Positions 48,260-57,572 of a stretch of 64,000 nt of DNA are shown here, one piece after another (the first letter of the stretch is position 1; every line of letters starts with the position of its first letter). Source of the DNA: an uncultured Eubacteriales bacterium. Its GTDB lineage: Bacteria; Bacillota; Clostridia; Oscillospirales; CAG-272. A program made the position numbers and the translations under genes. The notes below the pieces were generated by a model. The model saw only the letters and a list, made by a program, of their open reading frames with translations, was not told the origin of the DNA and ran no database searches. The stretch covers positions 10,053 to 74,052 of the forward strand of contig CAKXXW010000007.1 in NCBI GenBank assembly GCA_934378145.1. The letters are read 5' to 3'.

Positions 48260-48747
48260 TCGCCCTCCTTGCCGCTCTTTCTCGTGCGGCGCGGGCGGTG
48301 GCGGCGAAGGCTCTTCAGCTCATCAAGGAAGGTATCGACATCCTTGAACTCGCGGTAGACCGACGCAAACCTCACATAGGCTACATCGTCGACCGCCTTC
48401 AGCTTCTCCATAGCCATCTCGCCGATCTGCGCGGTCGTGACCTCCGAAACAAGGCTGTTAAGAAGCTCACTCTCTATCGAATCGGCTATCGCGGAGGGGT
48501 CTATCGGGCGTTTATGCGAGGCGCGGTAAAGTCCCGAAAGCAGCTTCTGCTTATCGAAAAGCTCGCGGCTTCCGTCCTTCTTCACGACGGTTATCTGCAT
48601 AGTCTCGAGCATCTCAAAGGTCGTGAAGCGCTTCTGACACGAAAGGCACTCACGGCGGCGACGGATGCTTGTCCCTTCCGACGCGGGGCGCGAGTCTATG
48701 ACCTTGCTGTCCGGATATCCGCAATAGGGACATTTCATTTGTTTCAC
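48256..48747 (-). CDS. nrdR: Transcriptional repressor NrdR
   Basis: The zinc ribbon MKCPYCGYPDSKVIDSR...RRRRECLSCQKRFTTFE is followed by an ATP-cone. The start is either GTG at 48747 or ATG at 48738. Confidence 0.92.
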   Translation of the reverse strand: MKQMKCPYCGYPDSKVIDSRPASEGTSIRRRRECLSCQKRFTTFEMLETMQITVVKKDGSRELFDKQKLLSGLYRASHKRPIDPSAIADSIESELLNSLVSEVTTAQIGEMAMEKLKAVDDVAYVRFASVYREFKDVDTFLDELKSLRRHRPRRTRKSGKEGE

Positions 48748-48806
48748 CCGACCTCCGGAGGTTCGGAGGGCCCTTCCGAAAATGATTTTTCTTGTAATTC
48801 TTCCTT

Positions 48807-48835
48807 ATTATAGCATAAAAACGCCGTTTTGTAAA
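48807..48835 (-). promoter_or_regulatory. Promoter of nrdR-DUF5131
   Basis: The minus strand reads TTTACA, 17 nt, extended TGc, TATAAT (plus-strand tgtaaa 48830-48835 and attata 48807-48812). Confidence 0.55.
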
Positions 48836-48886
48836 CTGTTTCTTCCATATCTTCCGCGTCTTTTCTCGGCTTGAAGGACTTACAGC

Positions 48887-48915
48887 TTTACATCGGGCGT
48901 TCTCTGCGTTAGAAT
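48887..48915 (+). promoter_or_regulatory. Promoter of the small membrane-protein gene
   Basis: TTTACA (48887-48892), 17 nt, TAGAAT (48910-48915). Confidence 0.45.
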
Positions 48916-48939
48916 ATAAACAAAAAAGGATACCTGCCC

Positions 48940-49209
48940 ATGAAAAACAGAACATCGCGCACAAGGCTGTTTCTTTCGGGGCTGAATAACCTCTCGCGCA
49001 GATCCGTGCTGATACTGCTCATAGGTCTGCCGACGGTCGCCATCGCCTCGCTCGCCCTTCTTCCCGACCTTATTTACATAAGCGCTAACTATCACGACTA
49101 CGCCGAGCTTATCTACCCCGATTACTTCGAGCATATAGCAATGACCCTGCTGATCGTGATCGGCGGCGCGCTCTTTTTCGACATTGCCGAAAAGAAGGAC
49201 ATTTATTAA
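48940..49209 (+). CDS. Small hypothetical membrane protein (89 aa, 2 TM helices)
   Basis: The ORF has its own promoter-like signal, a weak AAGGAT RBS, two hydrophobic helices and a strong terminator directly after the stop. Confidence 0.45.
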   Translation: MKNRTSRTRLFLSGLNNLSRRSVLILLIGLPTVAIASLALLPDLIYISANYHDYAELIYPDYFEHIAMTLLIVIGGALFFDIAEKKDIY

Positions 49210-49251
49210 AATATCCCCCGCACCTATCGGTGCGGGGGATATTTTGCTTTT
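49209..49251. terminator. Bidirectional rho-independent terminator (end of the large ABC operon)
   Basis: The stem aaatatcccccgcacc-tatc-ggtgcgggggatattt is followed by tgcttttt. Confidence 0.8.
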
Positions 49252-49261
49252 TGCGGAAATA

Positions 49262-50344
49262 TCAATCTGCGGTAAGACCGGAGCGTTCGATACCCTGTAC
49301 CAGGAACTTCTGGCAGAATATATAAACGACGACCAGCGGCGCGATTATCATAAGTCCGCAGGTATTCCTTATCGCCGCCTCATAGAGGTTCTTGCCGGCG
49401 GCATAGTCCTCTGCTTTCAACGCGAGCGACGCGGGTATACCGACTATGTTCGACAGCAGTTTCGTCTTCGTCGAAGTGAAGAACATTCCGGTATAGTCTA
49501 TATCGGTCCACTGCCACGAGAACGAGAAGAGGAATACCGTTATCATCATCGGCACCGAAAGCGGCAGGATGATGCTGATAAATGTCCTTATCGTTCCCGA
49601 ACCGTCGATGTACGCCGATTCCTCAAGCTCATCGGGAACTCCGCGGAAGAACTGCCTCAGAAGGAAGATATAAAGTCCGTTCTTGAACGCAAGTCCCGCA
49701 GCCGAGAGCAGTATGAGCGGGATATAGGTGTTGTTGATGTTCACACCGTAGTAGAGATCCTCAAGACCCGCCATTCCGAGCAGGGTGAAGAGTCCGGGAC
49801 CGTCTACGAGCGACGAGATGGGGCCTCTTATATCGAAGTTTCCGAAGAAGCTCACGATAGAGCTGTAAAGTGTTCTGTAAGGGATTATCATCGTCAGTAT
49901 GACGGCGAGGAAGACATACTTTGCACCCTTGAACTTGAACTTTGCAAGTCCGTAGCCGATAAGGCAGCAGCTCAGCGTCTGGATAACTGCGCAGGCGACC
50001 GACAGCATAAATGTGTTGAGGAACGCCTCGCTGTATCCCAGCTCGTTGAATATCGCCGTATAGGTGTCAAAGGTGAAGTGCTTCGGTATAATAAGTACCG
50101 TGACATCGACGAAATCCTCGGGCGACATTACCGAACCCGCGATCTTCGTGATGAAGGGGTAGATCACGACATACGCGATACCTATCAGAAGTATAAGCCT
50201 GAAGAGGTACCAGCCCACCTTCTTTAAGAAGAAGAAGGAGAGATATTTTGCCTTGAGCCGCTGAGAGAGAGGCGCACGGTCGAATTCGACCTTTACCTTC
50301 TTATGCGGATCGCGGTATGAATTTGAATTCATTGTTGCATCCAT
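49262..50344 (-). CDS. Carbohydrate-type ABC transporter permease (second pair, MalG-like) with an N-terminal extension
   Basis: 360 aa and polytopic. The EAA-loop motif is EESAYIDGSGTIRTFISIILPLSVP. Confidence 0.85.
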   Translation of the reverse strand: MDATMNSNSYRDPHKKVKVEFDRAPLSQRLKAKYLSFFFLKKVGWYLFRLILLIGIAYVVIYPFITKIAGSVMSPEDFVDVTVLIIPKHFTFDTYTAIFNELGYSEAFLNTFMLSVACAVIQTLSCCLIGYGLAKFKFKGAKYVFLAVILTMIIPYRTLYSSIVSFFGNFDIRGPISSLVDGPGLFTLLGMAGLEDLYYGVNINNTYIPLILLSAAGLAFKNGLYIFLLRQFFRGVPDELEESAYIDGSGTIRTFISIILPLSVPMMITVFLFSFSWQWTDIDYTGMFFTSTKTKLLSNIVGIPASLALKAEDYAAGKNLYEAAIRNTCGLMIIAPLVVVYIFCQKFLVQGIERSGLTAD

Positions 50345-50361
50345 TTCTTTTCTCTCCTTTC

Positions 50362-51348
50362 TCAGTCATTCCGTCTTTGGTAGAACACGAAGGCGGAGCA
50401 TATCGCCGCGATGATACCGACCATTGCTATTACGATAAGGAAGTACATCCACGCCATTGCCGTACTCGTTCCCTTTCCGTCGGGCTGCAGATACTCGTTT
50501 GAGATAAACTTCATTATCGTATTTGAATCTGTCGTAAATGAGTCTATGACCGTATATACCGCGTTGACGAGGATCATAGGACTTATCATCGGGAATGTGA
50601 TCTTCCAGAAAGTCTCCCACGAGGTCGCGCCGTCTATCTGGCACGATTCGTAGATCGTAGGCGAGATCGACTGAAGTCCGGCAAGGAATATCAGCATCTG
50701 AACGCCCGAGCGGTTGACTATCTGGAATATCCTGTTGACCCAGTCGGCAACTATCTCCGCCAACTCGGATCCGACCGCCATTCCCGAGAATAGTGCCTGA
50801 ATGTCCATCGCCGAGGCTATCTGATCCGTAGTGCTCGCCTCCGTACCGTCCGAGATACCTTCATCCATGTATTCATCAAGGATGTTCGCACTGTTGATCG
50901 ATTCCATGATACCCGTCGAAAGGATAACCGGTATGAAGAATATCGCACGGAAGAATGCTCTTCCCGCCATCTTCTGGTTCAGAAGGACCGCCATAAAGAG
51001 CGAGAAGATTATTATCGCGGGGATCTCGAAGATCATATCTCCGATACCCGTGACAAGCGTCTGCACGAACTTCGGATTTACGAACAGCGCCTTACGGTAG
51101 AACTCGAAGCCGACCCACTCAAGGGTGTAGCCTCCGCCGGCAAGTGTCTCCATCGTGAAGAAGCTCAGTTTTATCGACTGCAGAACTATGGGAAAATAAA
51201 TGAAGAGAAATCCGACAACGAACGGAGCGACGAATATCCAACCGGCACGCGCCTTGCGCTTATCAAGCGAGGCATGACCGCGTTTTTTCTTCTTGGCTCC
51301 GGCATTTTTCTTTGTTTCGGTGCCGTTCATCTTAATGTTTTCAGTCAT
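50362..51348 (-). CDS. Carbohydrate-type ABC transporter permease (second pair, MalF-like)
   Basis: 328 aa. The EAA-loop motif is YESCQIDGATSWETFWKITFPMISP. Confidence 0.85.
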   Translation of the reverse strand: MTENIKMNGTETKKNAGAKKKKRGHASLDKRKARAGWIFVAPFVVGFLFIYFPIVLQSIKLSFFTMETLAGGGYTLEWVGFEFYRKALFVNPKFVQTLVTGIGDMIFEIPAIIIFSLFMAVLLNQKMAGRAFFRAIFFIPVILSTGIMESINSANILDEYMDEGISDGTEASTTDQIASAMDIQALFSGMAVGSELAEIVADWVNRIFQIVNRSGVQMLIFLAGLQSISPTIYESCQIDGATSWETFWKITFPMISPMILVNAVYTVIDSFTTDSNTIMKFISNEYLQPDGKGTSTAMAWMYFLIVIAMVGIIAAICSAFVFYQRRND

Positions 51349-51367
51349 TGTCTTTGCTTCTCCTTTC

Positions 51368-54300
51368 TCAGTGATTTATAACCTTGTAGCCGTATGCGGG
51401 GATCGTGTACTCGACTCCGTTATAGGTCACGGTTATTGCGAAGGAATTGTAGTTGAGGATGAAGGTACGGTATGCCTTGTTGTCATCGCCGTCCTTACCG
51501 CCGTAGGTCACCGCCACGATGGATCCGTCGGAGGAGGTGTACTTTGTCGACTCGATGACGGTGTTATTGTGCTTCTTCGTATTGAGCGTCGCATCGAAGA
51601 GGTCCTGCGCCTTTGTGTTGTTCGTGATCTCAAAATTCTCGTCTATAAGCTCCTGCTCAAGGGCGGATGCGCGGATCTGCGCGAGGAGAGCGTCTGCCTT
51701 TTCAAGCATCGCACTGTACTTGTCGCAGAGTGCCTTGAGATCATTGTACTTCCCGGCGGCGTAAGCCTTATCCTCTTCGGTCGCGGTCGCATCCGCGTCA
51801 TAGAGGTTCTTCAGCGTTTCGGCGTATTCAAGATCCACGAGCAGCTGCTGGAGAGCTGTCTCAGCGCTGTTGCGGTATCTTGCAAGGTTTCTGTAGCCGT
51901 TATTGTCCTTGAAGGTGAGGAGGCTTTGGCTCAGCGCCTCATTCGCGGCGCGAAGCTCTTCCTCGGCAACCGATTTTCTGTAAGAGTAGATAACAAGGTT
52001 CGCCTTGTACTCTTCCTTCTCCGCCTTGCTCATCGACCAGAAGTCCATGTTCGCCATCGTTTCAAGAGCATTCGCGGATTCGGTGTAGCGCTTCGCGGCG
52101 TCTACCATCTTCTTCCACTCGGCATCAATGACCTTGAGTGCTTCTTCCGAAACATTCAGAGCATTGTTGAGAAGTCTGAGAGCCTCGGTGACCGCATTGC
52201 TGTCGGCATCGACGGTCTCCTGACCGAAGATGATGACCTTCGCCTTCGTAAGCGCCTCATTGTAGGTCAGTTTGCGAAGCTCGTCGTAATCCTTCTCGAG
52301 GGCGGCAAGGTTATCGCTCGCCTTCTTCGTATTGGCTACCGCGGATTCGTAGAACTGCTTTGCGCTCTGCTTCTCGATAGCGGTCGCGGTAGGATCGGCA
52401 AGGATCTCCTCGTACTTCTCCTTGAGCGACTTCGTAGCCGCTTCTGCGAGGCTCACCGAGTTCTTCATAGTCGAGATGCTCGATTTGATGGAGGATACCG
52501 CGCTGTCGATCTTCGAGATGTAGGTCCTGTAGGTCGCGGAGGCTTCGGTAGCCTTTGCGCTCTTGATAAGGTAATCGGCGGTCTTATTAACCGCGTCGAT
52601 CATCTCGGCGCTCGCACCGAAGAGTCCGTCTACCTCGGTCTTGATATAACCGTCAATGGCGGTTATGAGATCGTTATTTGCCTTGGCGGCAAGCTGTTCG
52701 CTGTATGCCTTCTCGACAGCCTCGAACTCGGTCTTGTGCGTGGAGGCGTTTCTCGCGGCGTCGAGGTCCGCCTGCGCCGTCGTCATAACGGTAAGTGCGG
52801 TCTCGTATGCGGTCTTAGCCGTATTGTATGCGGCTTCCTCAAGTCCGGTCTTGTCAAATACTTCCTTGGCGGCGTCGTAGGTCGTCTTCGCTGCCTCAAG
52901 CCCGGTCGTTGCCTTGCTGAGGGCATCCGCAAGAGCCGTGATCTCTTTCGCGGTCCTGATAGTATCCGAACCGGCAACGGCGTTGTAAGCGGCAGCAACC
53001 GTGTTGTAGTTTTCGTCGGCTGCTTTCTTCTCAAGAGCGAATTTGTTCTCGTTGTAAGCCTTCAGTGCAGCTTCCGATTTGGTTAAGAGAACTTGGTATT
53101 CGGCGTATCCCGGTGCGGCGGCGCTGACTGCTGCCTTCGCATCGCTAAGCTCGGAAGCGAGCTTTGCAAGCGTCGCATATGCCGTATCGGTGTTCGCTGC
53201 GACAGCCGCGGCAACGGCGTCGGCGGCAGCCTTTGCGGCATTTCTGTCGGCTTCGGGAAGCGCGTCGTATTCAGCCTTCCTGTCATCCGCGGTCTTGCGG
53301 GCGGAGGTCGCGCTGTCCTTGTTGGAATCGCTCGGGTTCACTCCCGCAAGAGCTTCTGCGGCTTCGGCATCGGCGTTTGCCTGCTCATAAGTCGCGAGCT
53401 TTGCAAGAGCATCCTTGAGCGCGGCATTGCTGCCGGCGTAAGTATCGTAGGTCTTCTTGAGTTCCGCATAGTAGGACGCTATCTTAGCCTTGTAGTCATA
53501 GAAAGCGTTGTTGTAAAGCGTTTCGCTCTCTTTCGCGGCGCTGACTTTCTTTATCGCCGTGTACTTTGCCTCGGAAAGGGCTATGGCGTTTGCAAGGTCG
53601 GCTTCCGAAATGCCGGCTGCGAGAGCCGCATTCGCGGTATTCGTCCTGTTTGCGACAGCCTGTGCAAGCCTCTTTATATTATCGGTGGTTTCGGTAACGG
53701 CTTTGTCGTAAGTCGACTTTGTAGTGTTGTACACAGCCTCGGCGTCGGTCGCCTTGAAGGAAGCGAGGACATTTTCGGTCACGCTCTCGGCTACTTCGGA
53801 TATGATCGCACGGTCAGCCTCGTCCGCTGTAACGGTCAGAGATGCGCTCTCGTTTCCGAGACCGTCGGCGACGGCATCAATGATCTCCGCGGCGGCGGCT
53901 GCCTTCGCGGCTGCCTCTTCGGCGGTGCTGAAGTATGTACCGGCGTTGGCGACAAGTCCGGCAGCCTCGGCTGCTCCGGCATTCGCGGCGGCGTTCTTCA
54001 GCTTGGTCGCGATATCATTCACCTTAGCGGTGATCTCTGCTTTCTTTGCCTCGTCGGTGACACCGACAAGGAGGACATCGGTCGCTTCCCTGATCGCGGC
54101 ATCGACCGCACTCTTTATTCTGCTTTCTATCGAGGAAGCTGCATCAGCCTCGGCTTTGTTATATCCGGTGACGCTGTAAACAGCTTTCTGTGCGTCGTTC
54201 GCAGCCTTGAGCGCCTTTTCGGACGCCTTCGCGAGATCGGCGCAGATATCGACATAGCTCTTGTCGATAAGAGCCGCGTGCTTTGCCGCGACATTGATGT

Positions 54301-57300
54301 ATGCCGCGACGCGGGCAAGCTCGGCCTCGGTCGCCTTTGCCTGCGTCATAGGAGTCTTTCTGAGAGCAAGTGCCTCTGCCAGTTCCTTTCTCGCGGCTGC
54401 GGCTGCCTCTTCGGCTGCCTTAAGCTCTTCCTCTTTCCTCTTGTTCTCCTCGTCCTCTATCACCTCATCGGGATCGGGTACGCGGTTTCCTATAAGGAAT
54501 TCGTGGTCGATTATGAGCTTTGTCTGAAGGTCGCTCAGAAGGTCGTTCAGCTCGACATACATATCGACAAGGTCGTCTCTCCATATGTCGTATCTGACCG
54601 AGTAATGCTCGCTGAGTCTGAAATCATCCTTCAGCTTCTGGGTGTTCTGATAGGATATTACGAAGTAAAGTCCGGCACCGTTCTCGATAGCCTTCAGGAA
54701 GGCGTACTCTATATCGCCCTCTTCATTGATAGGCGTACCGGAGAACTGGAGGTAACCGTGAAGCACTACACCGAGGAAGGGTACCGCATTGCTCGAATCG
54801 TTGTAACGGCTCGAATTCAGCGGCATATTCACGATGTAGTCGGCATATCTCCATGTGTAGGCATTTCCGCCGCTCGTCATTATCTTAAGTGCGTCTCCGG
54901 CGGAGTTGACCGTAAGGCTGAGCTTTCTCAGCGCGTCGATCGTATATTCCTTCGAGTCCTCGCGGTTGAGCGGATCGTCTTCATCGAAATCCGAGTTGAG
55001 GTCGGTTCCGAGAGTCGCTACCGAGATGCCCGTCGGGTCGTACTTGAGGTAATTCGAGAGCAGCTTGGTGATGAATTTGTCAAATCTTGATGCGGAGATG
55101 GCAAGCTCGTAGTAACCGACATATGCCTGATAGGTCGCGCTGAAGTAGCGGCGCATGGTATAGCGGTTATCTATCGTCTTTACGGCGTCCGTCTTGAGGT
55201 CTACGCCGTCAAAGTTCGCCTGATTCTCCGAATATACGAAGTCGAAGTCGGGGAAGACACCGAAGTTCTTCTCCTTCGAGTATTTCACGAGATCGGCAAA
55301 GCCCGATGCTCCTCCGACAGCCTTTTCCCAGTTGAGGTTATAAGGCATGACCGAGTAGAGACCGCCGTTCGCGTATCCCGTGAGCTTGAAGTTGATGTTT
55401 GCGGCTGTATTTACATTGTCCTCATCGGCGGATGTAGTGTTTCCGCTGTTGACAAGCTCTTCGGTCTTCTTCTTTATATCGCCCGAAAGCTCGTTGTACA
55501 TGGTCTTGACATCCTCAAAGGTGGTGAGAGGAGTCATGACATCGACCGGGATCGAGAAGATCTTCTCGGTCGTCATAAGCGCGCCGTAGGTCTCGATATA
55601 AAGCGGAATGTTTGCCGATACATCGCTGTCGGTGAGCCTTGTCAGGACATTCTGCTTTTCAAGGTAATCGCGGTAAGCGACCGCCATACCCATCCACGAA
55701 CATTCGTAGTACCTTGAAAGGTTGTTTTCCCTCGCAAGGTTGTCGTCCGAGAGCATAACATATCTGACCTTGTAGTTTCCGACATATTTTCTCTCCGAAA
55801 CGACGGTCATTTCCTTGTTTGAGCCGACCGAGATCGCATCAGCCATATTGTAGCTGTCCTTAGGTCTCGGATAGAAGCTCATCTTGACCATATTGTAGAT
55901 GCTCTTCGCGCTCATATGAACGGTCGTCAGTCTTGCAAGGGCGTCGCCCTCCTCGATTATGGCGAGGAAGCCGTGGTCCTCATCGACATCCTTCGTTCCG
56001 TAGACCGCGGGTGTCTTCACGGTTCCGTCCTCATTGAGGACTTCCTGCTTTATGACCTTCGTGTAGTCGGTCTTCTTGCCCGACCAATGCTCGACGATAC
56101 CGAAAACAGGGACCCTTATGGTTTCCTGATGCTGACCCGAGAGAGTATGGTACGCGAAGTCGGTACCGTATATCTGTGCATAAGCATCGTGGTGAGAACC
56201 GTCATTGAGCTGCTGGAAGTCGAACAGTGCGCCCGAACCGTCCGGGAAGAAGGTATAGCCGTCTCCGCCGTCGGACCAGTCACCGTCGTTCCTGCCGGCT
56301 CCCATATACGGGAGCATCTCGATATTCTCGAGCAGGTAGATCGACTCGTCGAAGCGTATTCCGTTTGCCGGCATACGGACGACAAGGCCGTCTTCGTCAA
56401 CGGTATATTCAAGTGCGACCTTGAAGAGTACGGGCGACTTTGCGGTTGCCTCATACTGGGTAAGATCGTGGTCGCTGTCAAGCTCCTCGTAGGTGTAGGT
56501 GGAGGCATAATCCTTGATATACGACTCGACCTTTCTCATCTGCGAGGTGTTATCCTGCACCTTCTTGTCTATGACATAGATAGGCATCGTCTTGACTATC
56601 GGATACATAGCGAGAAGGGATGAACGGCCCGCGTCGGTCTTTTCCTTATCAAGGTTCTTCTCGTTGTAGTACGAGGTGAACTTTATGATAGCGAAACATT
56701 CATACTCGAATCCGTAGTCGGACTTCTTGAGCTTTTCGGCTACAAGAGGCTCGCCCTCCATATCGAAGGTCGGATCGAGGAACTTTATTACATAGTCGTA
56801 ATATCCGTATTCCTCGCCCTCTTCGGCACCCTGATTAAGCGCGTCCTGATACTTGAATACCTTTTGGTTATTGATAAGAGTGTAGTTGTTCTGGTTCGAG
56901 GTATCGATCACGATAATGTCTTCGGCATTTGCGGTCTCGCGCATTTCGCGAAGGAGCCTCTTCTCGAATCTGTCCTTGCTTATGCGCATGGGGACGAGCA
57001 TTCTCGCCTCTTCGCGTCCGATGGAGTACTCGATACGGATACCGTTCTTTATGTACTCGACATTTATCTGATTTCTCGCCGCAGCCTCAAGGCTGGAGTA
57101 AAGATCCTTCGGGTTGTTGTTATCGATATAAGTGATAACTATCTGCGACAGAAGCTGCTTCTTGACGCTGATCGCGGTGGTCTTGCTCTTCTTTCCCGCC
57201 GTTACCGCGGTGTAGGAAGCATCCGAAAGATCCCACGGGTTGGTGAAGAGAAGCTCACCGGTAGCGATCTTTTCGGTCGCGACCTCGCCGCTTATCGGGT

Positions 57301-57559
57301 CGACATACATTCTGTACCCGTTCTTCTCCCACATGAGGTCCATGCTCGCGACCTTTTCCTGCGGAGTACTGAACTTCGAGGATTCGAGGTTCTTCTCGAT
57401 CGTGACATCATAGTCGATCGCTTCGGAATTGAACTTGCTTGACCCTTCGGCGTTTCCGTTCTCATCGTAAAGGGTGAAAGCACCCGCTCCGACAGTCACA
57501 GCACCGCACAGCATCAGCACAGCCAAGAGAGCCGACAGTATTTTGATTCCTTTTTTCAT
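51368..57559 (-). CDS. Giant secreted protein (2,063 aa): DUF5696-like N-terminal region, a roughly 940-aa Ala-rich helical insert, and a small C-terminal beta domain
   Basis: The ATG at 57559 is 5 nt after GGAGGG. Signal peptide MKKGIKILSALLAVLMLCGAVTVGAGA. The frame is continuous and there is a 13-nt gap to the upstream gene. The DUF5696 assignment is from memory of that family and its Yip1/ABC gene context. It has not been searched. Confidence 0.85.
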   Translation of the reverse strand: MKKGIKILSALLAVLMLCGAVTVGAGAFTLYDENGNAEGSSKFNSEAIDYDVTIEKNLESSKFSTPQEKVASMDLMWEKNGYRMYVDPISGEVATEKIATGELLFTNPWDLSDASYTAVTAGKKSKTTAISVKKQLLSQIVITYIDNNNPKDLYSSLEAAARNQINVEYIKNGIRIEYSIGREEARMLVPMRISKDRFEKRLLREMRETANAEDIIVIDTSNQNNYTLINNQKVFKYQDALNQGAEEGEEYGYYDYVIKFLDPTFDMEGEPLVAEKLKKSDYGFEYECFAIIKFTSYYNEKNLDKEKTDAGRSSLLAMYPIVKTMPIYVIDKKVQDNTSQMRKVESYIKDYASTYTYEELDSDHDLTQYEATAKSPVLFKVALEYTVDEDGLVVRMPANGIRFDESIYLLENIEMLPYMGAGRNDGDWSDGGDGYTFFPDGSGALFDFQQLNDGSHHDAYAQIYGTDFAYHTLSGQHQETIRVPVFGIVEHWSGKKTDYTKVIKQEVLNEDGTVKTPAVYGTKDVDEDHGFLAIIEEGDALARLTTVHMSAKSIYNMVKMSFYPRPKDSYNMADAISVGSNKEMTVVSERKYVGNYKVRYVMLSDDNLARENNLSRYYECSWMGMAVAYRDYLEKQNVLTRLTDSDVSANIPLYIETYGALMTTEKIFSIPVDVMTPLTTFEDVKTMYNELSGDIKKKTEELVNSGNTTSADEDNVNTAANINFKLTGYANGGLYSVMPYNLNWEKAVGGASGFADLVKYSKEKNFGVFPDFDFVYSENQANFDGVDLKTDAVKTIDNRYTMRRYFSATYQAYVGYYELAISASRFDKFITKLLSNYLKYDPTGISVATLGTDLNSDFDEDDPLNREDSKEYTIDALRKLSLTVNSAGDALKIMTSGGNAYTWRYADYIVNMPLNSSRYNDSSNAVPFLGVVLHGYLQFSGTPINEEGDIEYAFLKAIENGAGLYFVISYQNTQKLKDDFRLSEHYSVRYDIWRDDLVDMYVELNDLLSDLQTKLIIDHEFLIGNRVPDPDEVIEDEENKRKEEELKAAEEAAAAARKELAEALALRKTPMTQAKATEAELARVAAYINVAAKHAALIDKSYVDICADLAKASEKALKAANDAQKAVYSVTGYNKAEADAASSIESRIKSAVDAAIREATDVLLVGVTDEAKKAEITAKVNDIATKLKNAAANAGAAEAAGLVANAGTYFSTAEEAAAKAAAAAEIIDAVADGLGNESASLTVTADEADRAIISEVAESVTENVLASFKATDAEAVYNTTKSTYDKAVTETTDNIKRLAQAVANRTNTANAALAAGISEADLANAIALSEAKYTAIKKVSAAKESETLYNNAFYDYKAKIASYYAELKKTYDTYAGSNAALKDALAKLATYEQANADAEAAEALAGVNPSDSNKDSATSARKTADDRKAEYDALPEADRNAAKAAADAVAAAVAANTDTAYATLAKLASELSDAKAAVSAAAPGYAEYQVLLTKSEAALKAYNENKFALEKKAADENYNTVAAAYNAVAGSDTIRTAKEITALADALSKATTGLEAAKTTYDAAKEVFDKTGLEEAAYNTAKTAYETALTVMTTAQADLDAARNASTHKTEFEAVEKAYSEQLAAKANNDLITAIDGYIKTEVDGLFGASAEMIDAVNKTADYLIKSAKATEASATYRTYISKIDSAVSSIKSSISTMKNSVSLAEAATKSLKEKYEEILADPTATAIEKQSAKQFYESAVANTKKASDNLAALEKDYDELRKLTYNEALTKAKVIIFGQETVDADSNAVTEALRLLNNALNVSEEALKVIDAEWKKMVDAAKRYTESANALETMANMDFWSMSKAEKEEYKANLVIYSYRKSVAEEELRAANEALSQSLLTFKDNNGYRNLARYRNSAETALQQLLVDLEYAETLKNLYDADATATEEDKAYAAGKYNDLKALCDKYSAMLEKADALLAQIRASALEQELIDENFEITNNTKAQDLFDATLNTKKHNNTVIESTKYTSSDGSIVAVTYGGKDGDDNKAYRTFILNYNSFAITVTYNGVEYTIPAYGYKVINH

Positions 57560-57572
57560 TTTATCCCTCCGA

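Noticed and set aside
51293-55090. Plus-strand ORFs of 597 and 665 aa antisense to the giant exoprotein gene
   Set aside because: The GCN-rich (Ala) coding strand leaves the antisense frame free of stop codons. The products are Arg/Gly/Cys/Leu-rich and repetitive with no RBS. The minus-strand gene has a signal peptide, an RBS and operon context.
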